Positions 12,691 through 25,829 of a DNA stretch of 64,000 nt are shown here, piece after piece (positions within the stretch are counted from its first letter, which is position 1; each line of letters starts with the position of its first letter). The notes under the pieces are model-generated. The model worked only from the letters and a program-made list of their open reading frames with translations. It was not told where the DNA came from and did no database searches. A program made the translations under genes and the position numbers. The stretch is from Octopus sinensis. Taxonomy: Eukaryota. The DNA is taken from NCBI RefSeq assembly GCF_006345805.1, contig NC_042998.1, forward strand, positions 94,178,001 to 94,242,000, in the 5' to 3' direction.

Positions 12691-13317
12691 GTCCAGCCCA
12701 CTTATGCATGCCTTTCCTCCCTTGGACACACAAAGACCTGTTGAGGCAAGCAAAGTCGATATCGAACCTCATCCGACGACAGGCACCCATGCCCCCTTTG
12801 CTTGCGAAGACCTGTTGGGTCAAGTGAAATCGAAATCAAAATCAAAATCAAAATCGAAATCGAAATCGAAATCGAAATTGAACCAATCCTATGACTGGCA
12901 CCCAGAAGATGCCTGGACACCTGGACTGGTGGTACGTAAAAAGTACTATCCAAATTGTGGCTGATGCCAGCACTGCCTCAACTGGCTTCCGTGCTGGTGG
13001 CACGTAAAAAGCACCATCCGAATCGTGGCCGATGCCAGTGCCACCTCGACTGGCTTCCGTGCCAGTGGCACATAAAATGCACCAATCCGACCGTGGCCAT
13101 TGCCAGCCTCGCCTGGCACCTGTGCAGGTGGCACATAAAAAGCACCCACTACACTCACGGAGTGGTTGGCATTAGGAAGGGCATCCAGCTGTAGAAACAT
13201 TGCCAGATAAGACTGGAGCCTGGTGCAGCCTTCTGGCTTCCTAGATCCCCGGTCGAATTGTCCAACCCATGCTAGCATGGAGAACGGACGTTAAACGATG
13301 ATGATGATGATGATGAT
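11191..13317 (+). mobile_element. 5'-truncated RTE-clade LINE (RT, C-terminal region and 3' UTR ending in (GAT)n)
   Basis: NYRGIKLL, QFGFMPGKSTTDAIF, FVDMEKAFDRV, GVHQGSVLSPLLF, LLYADDL, LHGSETW, WYGHV, RGRPRKTW; 3' UTR shared with many dispersed copies. Confidence 0.95.
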
Positions 13318-14657
13318 ATGATGAAGGAATAGGAGTTATTTATTCACTTCCAAAAGCTTACAGCTGTTACTGCTTTATGAAGCTTGCACACAGAGCTGAG
13401 TGCTTGTACAACATCTTGTAGCTTCCTTGGAGCCTTATGTAAGTGATTGCATAATTTCTGTTCTTTTTTTATTCATTAATTACTATTATATGCTTCACTC
13501 ATCTGATGGTTTACTCTAAAGCATAAGTAGATTGAGTTCTCACAACTGGTTATTAAAGGAGTGATGCCTAAGCAATCATTCCTTTTATATTCATCCCACT
13601 GAATCTGAGAGGGGACAGATCTTCCAACCAGGGTACCTTTGTATCTCCTCTACAGCAAGACACCTGTTCTTGTCCTTCTATCATACTGTAATCTCTCATC
13701 ATCTAGCATAAAACCACTTTCCTCTATGCTGCTCCCCACCCTCATTTGAGGAGTCCTGTCATGCAAGTTACATGGTAACCTCACTGGTGCTGGTACCACG
13801 TAAAAAGCTCACAATACACTCTGTAAAGTGGCTGGTGTTAGGAAGGACATCCAGCCATAGAAATCAAGCCAAAACAGACATATCTTGGTGTAGTTCTCTA
13901 GTTCGTAGGCTCCAGCTGAACCACATATTAGGATGGGAAGCGAACGTTAAATAATGGTGGTAATAACAACAACAATGACGATGATGATGATGGTGTGTGT
14001 GTGTGTGCATGTACCATTTTACAATATTCGCATAGCACTATTCTATCAAACGTTCTAACAACTTCACCAAGTATGTATATGGGCATGAGTGTATATGTGT
14101 TGTGCAAATGTCTACCTTGTGTTGTTGCATGAAAGCATTGATAGGAAAATCTATAGTGGCATTTGTTGATATTCGCTGCTAACAAAACCTGGCATAGTTT
14201 TGTAGTCTTGAAGATGAGTGAAATAAAATATTCATTACTTGAAAAAGAAGGAAAACGAAAGGGAGATAAGGGTTAATGACATGAAGGGCCTGGCATCCAG
14301 CAGTAAAACAGGGTCTTGATATGCATTCATCCATACCATGGAGAGATGTACAAAAAAACAAACAAAGAGATCAATGAATATGCAAATATCTATCTATATT
14401 TGTAAACATATCTACACAAAGCAGGTGCTCTTACATATTGTATTTTTTTATTCTTTTATTTTTTTCAGTCATTTGATGGTGGCCGGCCATGCTGGAACGT
14501 TGAAGAAATCGCCCCCAGGATTTATTCTCTGTAAGCCAAATACTTATTCTATCAGTCTCTTATGCCGAACTGCTAAGTTACAGGGATGTAAACACACCAA
14601 CGTCAGTTGTCAAGCAACAGTGGGGTGACAAACACAACCACTGACACATTCACATAA

Positions 14658-14700
<43 letters not shown>

Positions 14701-14885
14701 AATGTGTGTGTTTATGATAGGCTCCTTTCAGTTTCTGTCTACCAAATCTACTCACAAAGTTTCAGTTGGACCAAGGCTTTAGTAGAAGACAATTGCCCAA
14801 GATACCATATAGTAGGGAACCTGGAACCATGAGGCTGGGAAGCAAGCTTCTTACCACACATGTGCACCTGTGCCTATATATACAC

Positions 14886-15745
14886 ATCATCATCATCATC
14901 ATCATCATCGTCATCGTTTAACACCTGCTTTCCATGCTGGCATGGGCTGGATGGTTTGACTGAGGGCTGGCAAGCCGGAAGGCTGCACCAGGCTCCAATC
15001 TGATCTGGCAAAGTTTCTACAGCTAGATATCCTTCCTAATGCCAACCACTGTGAAAGTGTAGTGGGTTCTTTTTACATGCCACCAGCACAAGAACCAGTC
15101 AGGTGGTACTGGCATCGATCATGCTTGAATGGTGCTTTTTACGTGCCACTGTCATGTGACATGTCAGCTGACACTGGCATCGACCAGACTCGAATGGTGC
15201 TTTTTACATGCCACCAGCATGGGAGTGAGTCAGGTGGCACTGGCACCAATCACATTCGAATGGTGCTTTTTATGTGCCACCAGAACGGGTGCCAATCAGG
15301 TGGTACTGTCATCGACCATGACAACAACTTCACTTGACTCAACAGGTCTTTACAAGTACAGTTTATTGCCCAATGATTGAAGGATACTCTTAAATGGGCT
15401 GGTTATACTGCACTGGCATAGGGCACAGTTATGGTCTCACTTGGCTTGCCGAGTCTTTTCAAGCACAGCATATCTCCAAAGGTCTTGGTCACTTGTCATC
15501 ACCTTCCTGAGGCCCAACTTTCAAAGGTCATGCTTCACTACCTCATCCCAAGTCTTCCTGGGTCTACCTCTTCCACAGGTTCCCTCTACTGCTAGGGTAT
15601 GACACTTTTTCACACTGCTGTCTTCATCCATATGCAACACATGACCATACCAGCACAGTCGACTCTCTTGCACACCACATCTGATACTTCTTTTGTCCAA
15701 CTTACCTTTCAGGGTGCTTACACTCTGTTGTGTATTCATATAACA
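14886..15745 (-). mobile_element. RTE LINE 3' fragment with 3' UTR and (GAT)n tail
   Basis: RSIRCGVQESRLCWYGHV...GRGRPRKTWDEVVKHDL is nearly the same as the C-terminus at 12440-12610; tandem 3' UTR units at 15070-15320. Confidence 0.85.
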
Positions 15746-16534
15746 TATAAAAAATAATCTTTTATTTGTTTTCGGTCATGCTGAAGCACCATCTTGGAAG
15801 GTTTAGTTGAAGAAATCGATCCCAGTACTTATTCCATTGGTTTCTTTCACCACAGTGCTAAGTTGCAGAGACGTAATCAAACCAGCACCAGTTGTCAAGT
15901 GGAAGACAGATGAACAAGCAGAAACACAAAGACATGTGTATCCCCCCCCACACACACACAAACACACACATAGACACACACAAACACACACACACACACA
16001 CATATACCACACAGTTACCATCTACCAAGTTCATTCTCGAGGGATTGGTCTGGGGCTATAGTAGAAGACATTTGCCCAAAGCAGTGCAGAGTGGAATTGA
16101 ACCCAGAACCATGTAGTTGCAAAGTGAGCTTCTTAACCTCACAACCATCACAAAAAAGTATATAGCTTGTGTTTATGTGTGTGTGTGTATCTGGTATATA
16201 ATTAATTATTTCTTTGGCAAAGTAAAACTTCAGAGTTATAAAAAGATATAGAATTCTCTGTTAGTTACTTTTTACAAAATATCTGACTTAGTGCCTATGT
16301 TTAAACCAAGACATCTGCTTGTTAATTAAATACTGATTATTATTCTAAATATGAAATTCAATAATGCAGCTGAACATGTCTACATCTCTCTCTCTCTCTC
16401 CTTCTCTCTCTCTCTTCTCCCCCTCTTTTTTTTGCCAGGTAAACTTATTACCAACAAATGTTCATAATAATAATCATAATCATAATAATAATAATAATAA
16501 TCATAATCATAATCATAATAATAATCAAAATGAT

Positions 16535-16992
16535 AACAAGATGGGCTACAGCAAATATTCTGCTCAATACCACAGATTTGCTTGTCAGTTGTTAGACCTT
16601 AACCAGTTGTGCATGTCCCTTAGAGGCTGACGATATGTGCATCTCTGACCCTGAGCAGAAGTAGTGGGGGAGCATCATAGCCATATGTTGAGAAAAATTC
16701 TTTGGGGTTTGGATAATTCATCTTTGGAAGCAAGTGTGTTTCATTCAACCTCCTTAAACAACCCTTATTCAGGGACTTTTTGAGCAGGATGGGCTACTCA
16801 ACCTGAAGAAAATTCTAACTGCAAGGTCCTGCACTGTTAATCCTGATATGAGATCACCATGTCACGCACACATGGTTGTGATGCATGTGCCTGGTGTACC
16901 CTTATTAGATGAGTAGTCATGATGAGTATACTGGGCTTCGTATATTTTACCCCAGTGTCACTTTGATGGCATGCACTGCTCTCTCACTCAAT
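16535..16992 (+). mobile_element. Non-coding insert flanked by (AAT)n, probably a retrotransposon 3' UTR
   Basis: Complex, more GC-rich block between (AAT/CAT)n at 16464-16525 and an (AAT)n tail at 16990-17110. Confidence 0.4.
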
Positions 16993-18499
16993 AATAATAA
17001 TAATAATAATAATGATAATAATAATAATAATGATAATAATAATAATAATTATAATAATAATCATAATAATAATAATTAATTCTTTTAATAATAATAATAA
17101 TAATAATAATTTTGTTACATAATTTTGTTTTCTAACCAGAGGAATTTAAACATCACTAAAAACAGGCTAAATATCCTTTCTTGTCCCTTCTATAGTTTGC
17201 AGTATTTGATGCTACCAATCTAATTTTTGTGTCTTATATGACAAGAAGGAATTTTGTTTCAAGTAGAAATCTGATGAATGTTTTGGCAACAAAACCTGTT
17301 GTCAGTTGTTTACTTGTAATGTAATTTAATTTTTTTGTTTTTACTTGCATTAAATATGTTAAAAATAACTTTTATTTTTCACGTAACTGATGTTCCTATC
17401 TTAAGTATTTTGTAAGCGATTTTGTTGACCAATACCAGCAAATTTACACTCAAATTGTTGTTATTTAGCCCCAGGCCAACCTTGGCTGAGCTCTTTTATG
17501 ACCATGGACTTTCCAGCATTGACTATAGAATTAATGTACAATGTTATGTATTATTTAATGATTCCCTCATCACTCCTTTGACAAGTATGGGGAAAATGCT
17601 ATATTTCACTAAAAAGGTTAGAATAATACTGAAACACATCAGTAGTTGTCTCCCAAATTTGTAAAATAAATGAAAATAATAATAATGATATTTGACTAAT
17701 ATTAGTTTTTCTTTACTACAGAAGTCATTGAGTTCTGAAAGTAACATAACAAGTTGTAACACAACCAATAAAGAAGATAATTAACTAACTTAGATGAGAT
17801 GCAGTTCGTGGTTATACTAGTACAGGGGGCAACTAATACCTTTTTTCTAATGTGATACAGTCCAGGTTTTGAAATGAAAAATTACTGACACCCTCTTTCC
17901 AATGAGATAACTGCAGCAGAAGTTATTAGCATATATCAAGCCATTATACCTAGTATTTTTTGACTGTGTGCAGTGCTTTGTGAGAGCCATGCATGTCATG
18001 GACAGAAATACTGTCAGAAAGTGGGAGTTACTAGCTGTTTCAGTATGCAAGCATGTGTTCATTAAGGCTTGATTCTTGATCTCCATCTATTTATTAGAGT
18101 TTAATGGCCAAGACAGAGGATTTTAAGAACGCCTATCCATGAGAACATCTATACACACACACACAGATTAAGATTACTAACTAAGTGCAGTAGTGAAGTC
18201 TGGTGCTAGAACTAAGGGCACATGCTTTGTTCTATTTCCAGCATGTACAAGAGTCTAAGATTTGGAGACACTAGACTTTTTGCAATTTTAGCAATATTTC
18301 TAGTCTTTAGATAACTAACTCATAGTGTTAAGAACCTATTTCCATTGTGAAATTTCCCATGAATAAAGGTCTTTAACAATCAATGATATGATTTTGTGAA
18401 AATATAAAAAAAAGTAAACATCTGTTCAATTAGATGGATAATTTATTGAAAGTTTAAACACATTATCAAGAATAACTTTAATGAGTTTCCTAATGCAGA

Positions 18500-21480
18500 A
18501 CTGAAAATTCATATAGCTAAAGAAAACATGCTTTGTGTATCCTTTTCAAAGCAGAAATTTTTGCGTTTTTTCTTTATTTCATTGAAATCCGTTCTCCTTT
18601 AAGTTTGTTCTCAATTCTATGGACAGCTAGGTCATTCAGTCTTTCCTATGTCATCATGTTCCTCAAGAAGCTATTAATGAGCTTTAGTTTGTCAAAAATG
18701 CTCTCAGCAGATACTACAAAAACTGACAATATACAGAATATTTACAACACACAACTTTCAAAATATATCATCTCACTTGTACATTTCTATTGTATCTAAA
18801 AGTTTATGCGACCTCATATCTTCACCAAAGTATGATGCATGTATTGTCATAAGATGCTTTATTTCCTCTTCTGTTGATAGTTTCTGAAATTATCTGAGTA
18901 TTTGTCCAATAATATTAAGCATGTAAGCCTAAGGTCCTCTTCTGTTATGCTTCAGTATTACCACAGAACAATAAAAGACAGTGAGCTGGCAGAATTAGCA
19001 TACCTTGGAAAAACACTCAGCAACATTTCATCCATCTTTATGTTCTGAGTTCAAATGCTGCTGAGGTCGACTTTGCCTTTCATCCTCTTGGGGTTGATAA
19101 AAGAAGCACCAGATGAGAACTAGAGTTGATGTAATTGACTTACACTCTTCCAAGAAATTACTGGCCTTGTGCCAAAATTTGAAACCAATATTACCACAGA
19201 ACTTAGAAGAATCTATTAATTGTGTTTGCAACATCAAACTGCTTTACTGTTGTCTTAAGCCACCAGCTTTTGTTTTATTTAAATTGGATGAGTACAAGGA
19301 GAGACTATGATTGTGAATACAAGCAGATGAAAGGGAGTTCTTCCAAAGGATCTCTGGAATAACTTAACTTAACAGGGTGCATAGTTCAGAGATCAGGGAG
19401 TCTCTCCAAGTCAAGCTGTTACTTCTCCACATTGTGAAGTAACAGCTCTGATTCTAAAGTCATGTGATCAGAATGTTACTGGAAAGAATCACAAGACAGA
19501 TTTTTCAAGTTGAGCCAAATAGTAGGAGATCTAGGGGTAGACCAAGAATAAGATGGTTGGATAACATCCATAGTCTCAGTTGGTCATGTTTGGGGATCCA
19601 GCCACCAGGAAGTGTAATGACAGTTGCTTTTAGGACCATGTAGAAGAGACCCTCCTGAGAATAGTGGGCAGAGAAAGTGAATGGATGGCAGGCTGGCCGG
19701 CTGGCTTTGTGGTTGGTTGGGATGGATGGATGGATGAATGGATAGATGGATGAATGGATGGACGGACAGACGGACAGACAGACGGACAGACAGACGGACA
19801 GACAGACGGACAGACGGATGAACGGATGGATGGATGGATAAAATGGATAACCATCCCCCACAGTTAATTAAAGAACAATGCTACATTTGAGTCTCCTGTG
19901 TTCGCTGTTGCATCTCAGACCTGGTTAATGTTATTTCTAATGTTGATTTGTATGAGAACTTCAGCGACATTGATGTCAGTAGGATACAAATGAAGGAAGA
20001 CAGATATTTCATTACATCTTCAAATTCATTAGCAGTTTTTGACAAGGTTGAGAGGTAGAAATTTCTTTAGTACATATTGTAATCTTGCAAGATGGGCAGC
20101 AGATGGTTGCACACTTGACATTTGATCCACTCAACAATCACCTGACAGCATGGATGGATTCACCCACAAGTTCCTCAAAAATAGTCCAGCAGTGAAGACT
20201 GTAAGAAAGCAAATTCTAAACTGTTTGCACTACTCCAAGAAGGTTATTACCTCAGTGTAATATGCCATAGGATCTGACCAATAGACACACACACACACAC
20301 ATACACACACGTATGTATGTATGTATGTATGTATGTATGTATGTATGTATGTATGTGTGTGTGTGTATGTGTGTATATGTGTATATGTGTGTGTATATAT
20401 GTATGTATGTACATATAAATATGTGTGAGGGTTTAGCAAAAGGCCGACACAAGAATAATCATTGCCCAGTGGATTAACAGCAATAATGTCCTTTTAGGTA
20501 CGATTGTACATGCCAGACACGTTGGTGGTATAATCATAATTCAGTACATGACAATTTTTAATAAGCACCACAAAATATTTTGAATATCTCCAAAATTAGG
20601 TTTGTTAATTCAGCTCTCATCTTCTTGCAACAATCAACAAAGATTTTAAATCATTCTGAAACTGCAAATTGCATGTTACCTTTGGCTAAATAATGGATGA
20701 AAAACTGCTCCACGATGTTTGAATGGTTACCATAATTGCAGCTTTTATTTCACCGCAAAAATATTCCAAACTTAATCTGTGCAGTTACTGATTGTATCTT
20801 TTTGCATTTGGTTTGCAAGATTCTTGTTGTGAACTCATGTGTTGAAACAGATTTTATTGTATCTTGGAAGGGTCATTATGCAAATATAAAGGAGACAGAT
20901 AGCCCACAGCAGCCCTGAATAGAGAGTGCATATCACTGACCAGGTTGCAAATGGAGACAAAAAGAGTCTTATGAACCTAGGTGATTTATTGAGAGAAAAA
21001 ATGACTAGTCAAATAATTGATTAGTTTATTAGTTAAATTGATAACTAGCTGATGAAGGATAATAAAAGAAGTGAAATAAAAGCAGTATGTGTGTTTATAA
21101 TTGGCATAATGACCCTCCCAAGATACAACCTAAAAAAATGAAATGATTATTTTAATTTTAGATAACCCTAAGAGTAAGTGAATATGAAACCATCTATCTT
21201 TTCCTTGCAAAACTCTAATTTTCATAATACTTTCATCTAAAACTGGATCATAATGGACCAGGAGTTCCTTAATCCTCCAAGAAATTTCCATTATGATAGT
21301 CAGTGTTTGGCTGGGATGAGCCACAGAAAATATTCCTCTGTGTCAAGAAACATTAGCCACATCAATTATCTTGATAAATATATCTCACTATTCCTCAGCC
21401 TCACACATGGTTCCTTTGTAAGACATTACATCAATCTCATTGTTACTTTCTAACCTTCTTCTGCAACTCATGTCATGTTT
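18500..21480 (-). pseudogene. Fragmented hAT (Tip100/ZMYM1-like) transposase relic, interrupted by a SINE, an RTE piece, microsatellites and a MITE
   Basis: Colinear minus-strand peptides: HNGNFL..IKELLVHYDPVLDE (about 21230-21300); FVDCCKKMRAELTNLIL and CHVLNYDYTTNVSGMYN..IIAVNPLG (about 20430-20670); GVVQTV..SLHCWTIF (about 20150-20240); dimerisation motif SAESIFDKLKLINSFLRNMMT*ERLNDLAVHRIE (about 18610-18740). Confidence 0.8.
19330..19690 (+). mobile_element. Old RTE-like LINE C-terminal fragment
   Basis: EPNSRRSRGRPRIRWLDNI at about 19511-19568. Confidence 0.55.
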
Positions 21481-21752
21481 GTTTGTGTTTCTTTTCTGCT
21501 GTACTTTTTTTTTTTAATGTTCAAACAATTTCAGATAACCTGGTGGTAGCTTGAAATATTTACACTGGATCAGTTACTCTGTATCGCTGTCTAATAAAAT
21601 AATTAGATTTCACACCTGCATTGAGTCCTTTCACAGAGAATGTTTCTAGTTTCTATATTGCTTTTAAGACACCAACTTGTGTGTGTGTGCATGCATGCGC
21701 GCATGTATGTGTGGGTGTGCATGTGCATGGGTCTGTGTGTGGTGTGTGCATA

Positions 21753-22312
21753 TAGGAATAAGGTTCAAATTAAGTGAAAATGGAAATCATAGTCAACCTC
21801 AACATACACAAACATGCAGGAAGTAAATAGACATCTTTAATTTTCAAAATTTCTGATCTAAGCATCTTAATATGTTATCAGGGATGTAGAATTTACAATG
21901 TAATTATTCTTTTTCATTCCAGGTGCCATTATTAAACATTTGTGACGAGTAACCATACCATGCACAAAAAATTCAGTAGAACTGTCAGATTTTCAAAAAC
22001 GTCATATTGTTGGGCAATATGAGGCTGGTGTTAGCCAGCAGAAAGTTGCTGAAAATCTTCAAATTCCTCTTGCTACTGTTAATAGAATTATAGTGCAATT
22101 CAAAAGCCAAGGAAAAGAATCAACAAATTCTCATCCCAGCCTAGCTGGGCCCTCAGAAAGGAAACGTCACTGTTTGAAGAGAATTGTGGAAAATGAACCT
22201 GTTCAAAGGCTTCTGACATTGCAAAACAGCTAGAAGTTAGTCCAAGAATGTATGTTACATATCTGCATAAGCTTGGGTATTATGGATACATATCTGCATA
22301 AGCTTGGGTATT
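21753..22312 (+). mobile_element. Tc1-family transposon 5' fragment (paired-like HTH region)
   Basis: VELSDFQKRHIVGQYEAGVSQQKVAENLQIPLATVNRIIVQFKSQGK...(frameshift)SKASDIAKQLEVS..YLHKLGYYG; ends in a 25-bp direct duplication. Confidence 0.75.
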
Positions 22313-22556
22313 CCCAGTGTTGTGTTGTGTCCCAGAGCAAGACATTTTATTTCATGTGGCTCTCCTCCACTCAGCTGGCAAAGATGAGTTGAACCTGTAA
22401 TTCAAAATCTTCAGCCTTTTTACATTCTGTATCATACTGACTCTCCCTGAGAACTATGTCTGTCGAGCACTCAGCGACTTGCATGTCAATTTCGTGAGCA
22501 GGCTGTTCCATTGATCAGATCAATTGGAACACTCGCTGTTGTAACCAATGGAGTGC

Positions 22557-22594
<38 letters not shown>

Positions 22595-23525
22595 ACATGT
22601 GTCTCTGGTACACTCTGTAAAATGGTTGGAGAGCATTCAAAAGGGGAAACCATACCGAAGCAGATACAGGAGATCATTGTAACCCTTTGGCTTGGTGGTT
22701 TCTGTCAAACTAGCCGACCCATACCAGCATAGAAAAGGGGACATTAAATGATGACGACCACGACGCTGAGGAGGAGGACGACGACGACGACAACGACGAC
22801 GATGACAACGATGATGACAATGACGAGGACAACAACGAGGACAACAACAACGATGACAGTGGTGATGACAATGACAATGACAATGACACAGATACTGATG
22901 ATGATGATGACGAATACATTTTTGTTTATATTCTATATATAATATTTCTATGCTTGTTTTTGAATTGTATTTCATTCTATATTTCATGTTCTGTCATGTG
23001 ATTTTCTTATCTTCAATGTTATTCTCTATTCTCTGTTTTTCTTTTGAAAAAGCAAAGTCGTAGAAGACAACTTAGACTAAGAACACTGCCTTTTTCTGAT
23101 TGTCTAACTTTCAGCTTTATATTATTTGCCATTCTGTCATATTATTGTAGACAGTCAAATAAAACATCTTTCTATCTGTTATTGTTAAGAACCACAGAGA
23201 GAACAATTTCCTGCTAAATAGAAGTTTCAATTATTGTTACTGAGATACAGCTGCTATTGTAAAGGCCCTCAGAGAGTGAGAGTGAGAGAGAGATGGAGAG
23301 GGAGGGAGAGAGAGAAGAGGAGAGTGAGGAGAGCTCCCGTTAACAGGAATTTCAGTTCCAGTGAAAGAAAAACATTTCCCTGAATGAGCAAGAGGAGCTG
23401 TCTAAGAATAAGAATTTAGAAATAAAAACAGAATGTGAAGGTTGAAAACTCAAACAATTCCATTAATAGAAGATACTCTAGAATTAATATATATATATAT
23501 ATATACACAACAAAAGTACAAGAAT

Positions 23526-23572
<47 letters not shown>

Positions 23573-24230
23573 CATATATAATCATCATCATCATCATCAT
23601 CATTTAATATCTGTTGTCTATGCTGGCATGTGTTGGATGGTTTGACTGGGCTGGTATGCTGGAATGCTGCGCCAGGTTCCAGTCTGATTTGGCATGGTTT
23701 TCTATAGCTTGATGCCCTTCCTAACGCCAACCACTCCAAGAGTGTAATGGGTACTTTTATGTACCACCAGCACGGGTGTCACTTCTGTGACACCAGTATC
23801 TGCCAAGACTGCGATTTTGCTCAGCTTCATGGGTCTTCTTCTCAAGCACAGCATAATGGCAAAAGTCTTGTTCATTGCCTCCGTGAGGCCCAATACTCAA
23901 AAGGAACTCAGCCACTTTGCCTCCATTAGGCCCAATATATATATATACACGGATGTCAGTGTCACCTAACTGGCTCCCCGCACCAGTGGCACATAAAAAC
24001 CACAGTCCAAATGTGGTCAATGCAGGTACCGCTTGACTGGCACTCATGCCAGTGGCGCATAAAAAGCACGCACTACACTCTCGGAGTGGTTGGTGTTAGG
24101 AAGGGTATCCAGCTGTAGAAACCTTGCCAGATCAGACTGGAGCTAGGTGCAGCCTACTGGCTTGCCAGTCCTCAGTCAAAGCATCCAACCCATACCAGCA
24201 TGGAAAACGGGCATTAAATGACAACGACGA

Positions 24231-24295
<65 letters not shown>

Positions 24296-24774
24296 CATAT
24301 ATATAGGCTTGGCTGTGTAGTTAAGAAGCTCACTTCCCAAACACATGATTTTGGGTTCACTTCCACTTCATGACACCTTGGGCAAGTATCTTTTACTACA
24401 ATCCCAAGTTGAGCAATGCTTTGTGAGTGAATTTGGTCAATGGAAACCTGTGGAAGCTCATTGTATATATCAGCATCATCATCATCATTTAGCATCCATT
24501 TTCCATGCTGGCATGGATTAGATGGTTTGACAGGAACTGATAAACCAGAGAGCTGCACCCAGCTTTAGTCTGTTTTAGTGTAGTTTCTATGGCTAGATGC
24601 CCTTCCTAATGCCAACTACTCCATAGAGTGTACCAAGTACCTCTCTTGTGTCACTGGCACAGGTATCTTTTACGTGTCACCAGCACTGGCCATGATTACA
24701 ATTTTACTTAGATTGATGTGTCTTCTCAGGCACGGCAAATCATCAAAAGTCTTAGTCACTTGTCATTGCCTCTG

Positions 24775-25020
24775 AACAGTATTATGTTACAGATGTGGAA
24801 CTGGAAAATAACAACAATGGAAGAAAAAACAATTGCCAGCCTCCAATTCACATGCCTAAGGAGAATACCCGGCACCAAATGGCTGTAAAAAATCCAAAGT
24901 GACACAACTGACAACAAGTGCCAACAGGGTCAGCGATGATACAAGATGCAGACACTGGAGCTGGGTCATGCACATCTTCAGACAAGATAAAGAATGCAAT
25001 TGTATGATGTATCCTACACC
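24775..25020 (+). mobile_element. RTE-like LINE C-terminal fragment (second family)
   Basis: LQFTCLRRIPGTKW...RVSDDTRCRHWSWVMHIFRQDKECNC resembles the RTE CLRRIL..W / RRW.W.GH.LR motifs. Confidence 0.55.
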
Positions 25021-25829
25021 AGTTTTGCATAACCAGCCCCAGCCATTCAAAAGTACATTGGATCATAGGGCAACCTGCTGTGCTTACCTTGGATCATAGG
25101 GTTACCTGCTGTGCTTGAGGTGACCTATTGAGTCAAGTACATCAACATCAAAATAAAAATCAAATGGAAATTGTAGTTGTGATACCCATGCTGGTGGAAC
25201 TTAAAAAGCACAATTCGAACGTGGCCTTTGCTAGTGCCACCTTGACTGGCTTCCATGTCTGTGGCACATAAAAAGCACCAACTGATTGTGGCATTGCTAG
25301 CCTCCCCTGTCCCCTGTACTGGTGGCACATAAAAAGCACCCACTACACTCATGGAGTGGTTGGTATTAGGAAGGACATCCAGCTGTAGAAACGCTACCAG
25401 ATCAGACTGGAGCCTGGTGCAGCCTTCTGGCTTCCTAGATCCCGGTCGAACCATGCAACCCATGCTAGCATGGAAAACAGACGTTAAACGATGATGATGA
25501 TGATGATAATAACAACAAGCTTCTTTCAGTTTCTGCCTATCAAACCCACTCACAGGGCTTTTGGTTGGCTCAAGGCTATAGTAGAAAATGCTTGCCCAAA
25601 GTACCACACAGTGGGACTGAACCTAGAACCATGTGGCTGGCAAACAAACTTCTTACCACACAGCCACACTTGTGCATATTTGTTTATTTGTTTTTGATTT
25701 TAGAAAAAATGTTTGTATCTGTTGCATATCTCTTTAACTGCATATGATTTTTTTTCCTGTTCCATACAAATATCAGGCCTGTTATGCTTATAGTTGTTTT
25801 GATGAAACATTCAACCAATATTCCTTGTG

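Noticed and set aside
18025-18070. GAAACAGCTAGTA hammerhead-like half on the minus strand
   Set aside because: Upstream box is TTAATGA with no stem I; indistinguishable from chance
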